NCBI RefSeq assembly: GCF_963853765.1
Contig: NC_088859.1
Coordinates: 53,010,001 to 53,074,000, forward strand
Reading direction: 5' to 3'
DNA length: 64,000 nucleotides
DNA from: Magallana gigas
Taxonomy: Eukaryota
Shown here: piece after piece, positions 62,557 to 64,000 of the stretch
Position numbering within the stretch: the first letter of the stretch is position 1
How the letters are laid out: each line of letters begins with the position of its first letter
Notes under the pieces: generated by a model
Seen by the model: only the letters and a program-made list of their open reading frames with translations
Database searches by the model: none
What the model was told of the DNA's origin: nothing
Made by a program: the position numbers and the translations under genes

Positions 62557-64000
62557 TTTAACCGAGTTATCGATCTACGACTGTTGATTATAATCCTTGA
62601 GAACCTGCAAGTGATTGAGGTTACATCTGTTCTTTAAATCATCAGCAATGAACTGTAAAATGTTTTCAGGCATCAGTAATGATTTGTAAACAAGGAGACC
62701 TAAAAAAAAGGAACGCCTCTTTTGAGACGACTGTTCATGTTGGGACATCAGCTGTTTTTAAAATATTCTTTATAAACAACGTGGCATCGATGATACTTAT
62801 ACCTACTGTGCTGTGTTTGATAAATCATCAAAATTATCAATAAAGGGTGTGAGACATGCTTTGAAATGCGGATACAGATGTACATATATAGATCTAAGAC
62901 TATCGTAGGTCAGCCGGGAACAATGATCAGTCTGACTCTATCCCAATCAATTCGGCTCCAAAGGTCGACAATTTCTTTGTTTACATGTTTGGTTTAGTCT
63001 TTTAAATTTTCATTCAAGAGCATTTCTTTTATCTGTTTTCACTTGCTACACAACTCAAACAGCTACGGACAATATTAGAAACCTGAATCATTGACAATTA
63101 AAATCTTTGTCATTCTTTGAGCCCAGTAAAAAAGGGAAATCAACATTTATTGAACTTTGATGCATGTTACATGATTTAGCTGTCGAACAGTCGGCTAACA
63201 AATCTAACGACGAATATTATAAGGAAATGATAACTGAACTTTGTACAGACCGAGAAATTGAAACCCTCATTGGAGGTACAAATTGTATATGCTCCATTAT
63301 CGGAAACTGTGGACATAATGACTGAAAGTATTTACTAATTTTATCAACTGTCAAATTACAAACCAAATCTATACAAACTAGACAGAGTCTTTGTCAGTGC
63401 CCATCCTCTCTATAGAAACATTGAAGCCCCCCCCCCCCCCCCCCCCCCCCAAATGAAATAAATGAAAATTCACGTTAATGCGAACTTAAATGACTTTTAC
63501 GTGCAATTCACGTGAAATTACATTTACAGGAGATAATATTAAAGAAAGTCTTATCTAGCGAGGGGAAATTCACGTGAAAATCATGTGAGAAAATATCACA
63601 AGAAATTATTGTAAAGTGAATTCTTTCAAGTAAAGTGTTACAAGAACTTACGATAATTTCCTGAAATTGTCAAAAATATATTCAATTATATATTACCAGC
63701 TGAGAGTTCTACTTAAATAAAAATTTATGACTGATATTATTTGTTATAAAACATACTTAAGTTATATTTATTTAAGTAGTATCCACAACTTGTCAACTGC
63801 CTTAAGATTCTGTCTGTCAGTCAATATAGGATTGTTCTTATTAAAAAGACATAATCATACACATTTTCAGTAGCATGAAATTAAATGACTTAGCAGACTC
63901 TTAAATTTGAGAATGTCTTCTACAAAACGTATGTCATGACGTTTTACAAGTGTAAAATGATGGCAGTACATGCGAACATTGACAGCCCTTTTACTTGTGT

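Noticed and set aside
62795-62920. Aldo-keto-reductase-like GVRHALKCGYR peptide
   Set aside because: It needs two insertions to reach GYRHID and the flanks do not match; likely coincidence.
63100-63325. Walker-A-like PSKKGKSTFIEL followed by a ~50-codon frame
   Set aside because: In-frame stops on both sides, no Walker B, and a single degenerate motif is insufficient evidence.

Overview
AT-rich eukaryotic (animal) genomic DNA with GT-AG introns, satellites and MITEs. The repeat style suggests a bivalve mollusc, probably an oyster (inference). Two protein-coding genes are well supported. (1) An NDNF/Nord-family gene on the minus strand, reconstructed by hand as three coding exons (29389-29199, 24440-24349, 23008-21729; 520 aa: signal peptide plus two FN3/NDNF modules). 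(2) An intronless 672-aa BTB-BACK-Kelch ORF on the plus strand (59103-61121) with an unusual extra, degenerate N-terminal BTB domain. About 28 kb between them has no recognisable coding gene but contains many short GC-richer, motif-dense islands. Mobile and repeat content: a complete 972-bp non-autonomous hAT element with an 8-bp TSD; a 127-bp nested-palindrome (foldback) element with TGT...ACA ends and a 4-bp TSD, plus a second decayed copy; Helentron/HINE-like hairpins; four large satellites (43, 37, 48 and 27 bp units); and several small duplications. Most ORFs in the supplied track are spurious. No prokaryotic systems, CRISPR arrays, rRNA or complete tRNA genes were seen. No computation or database search was run; all homology calls are by eye.
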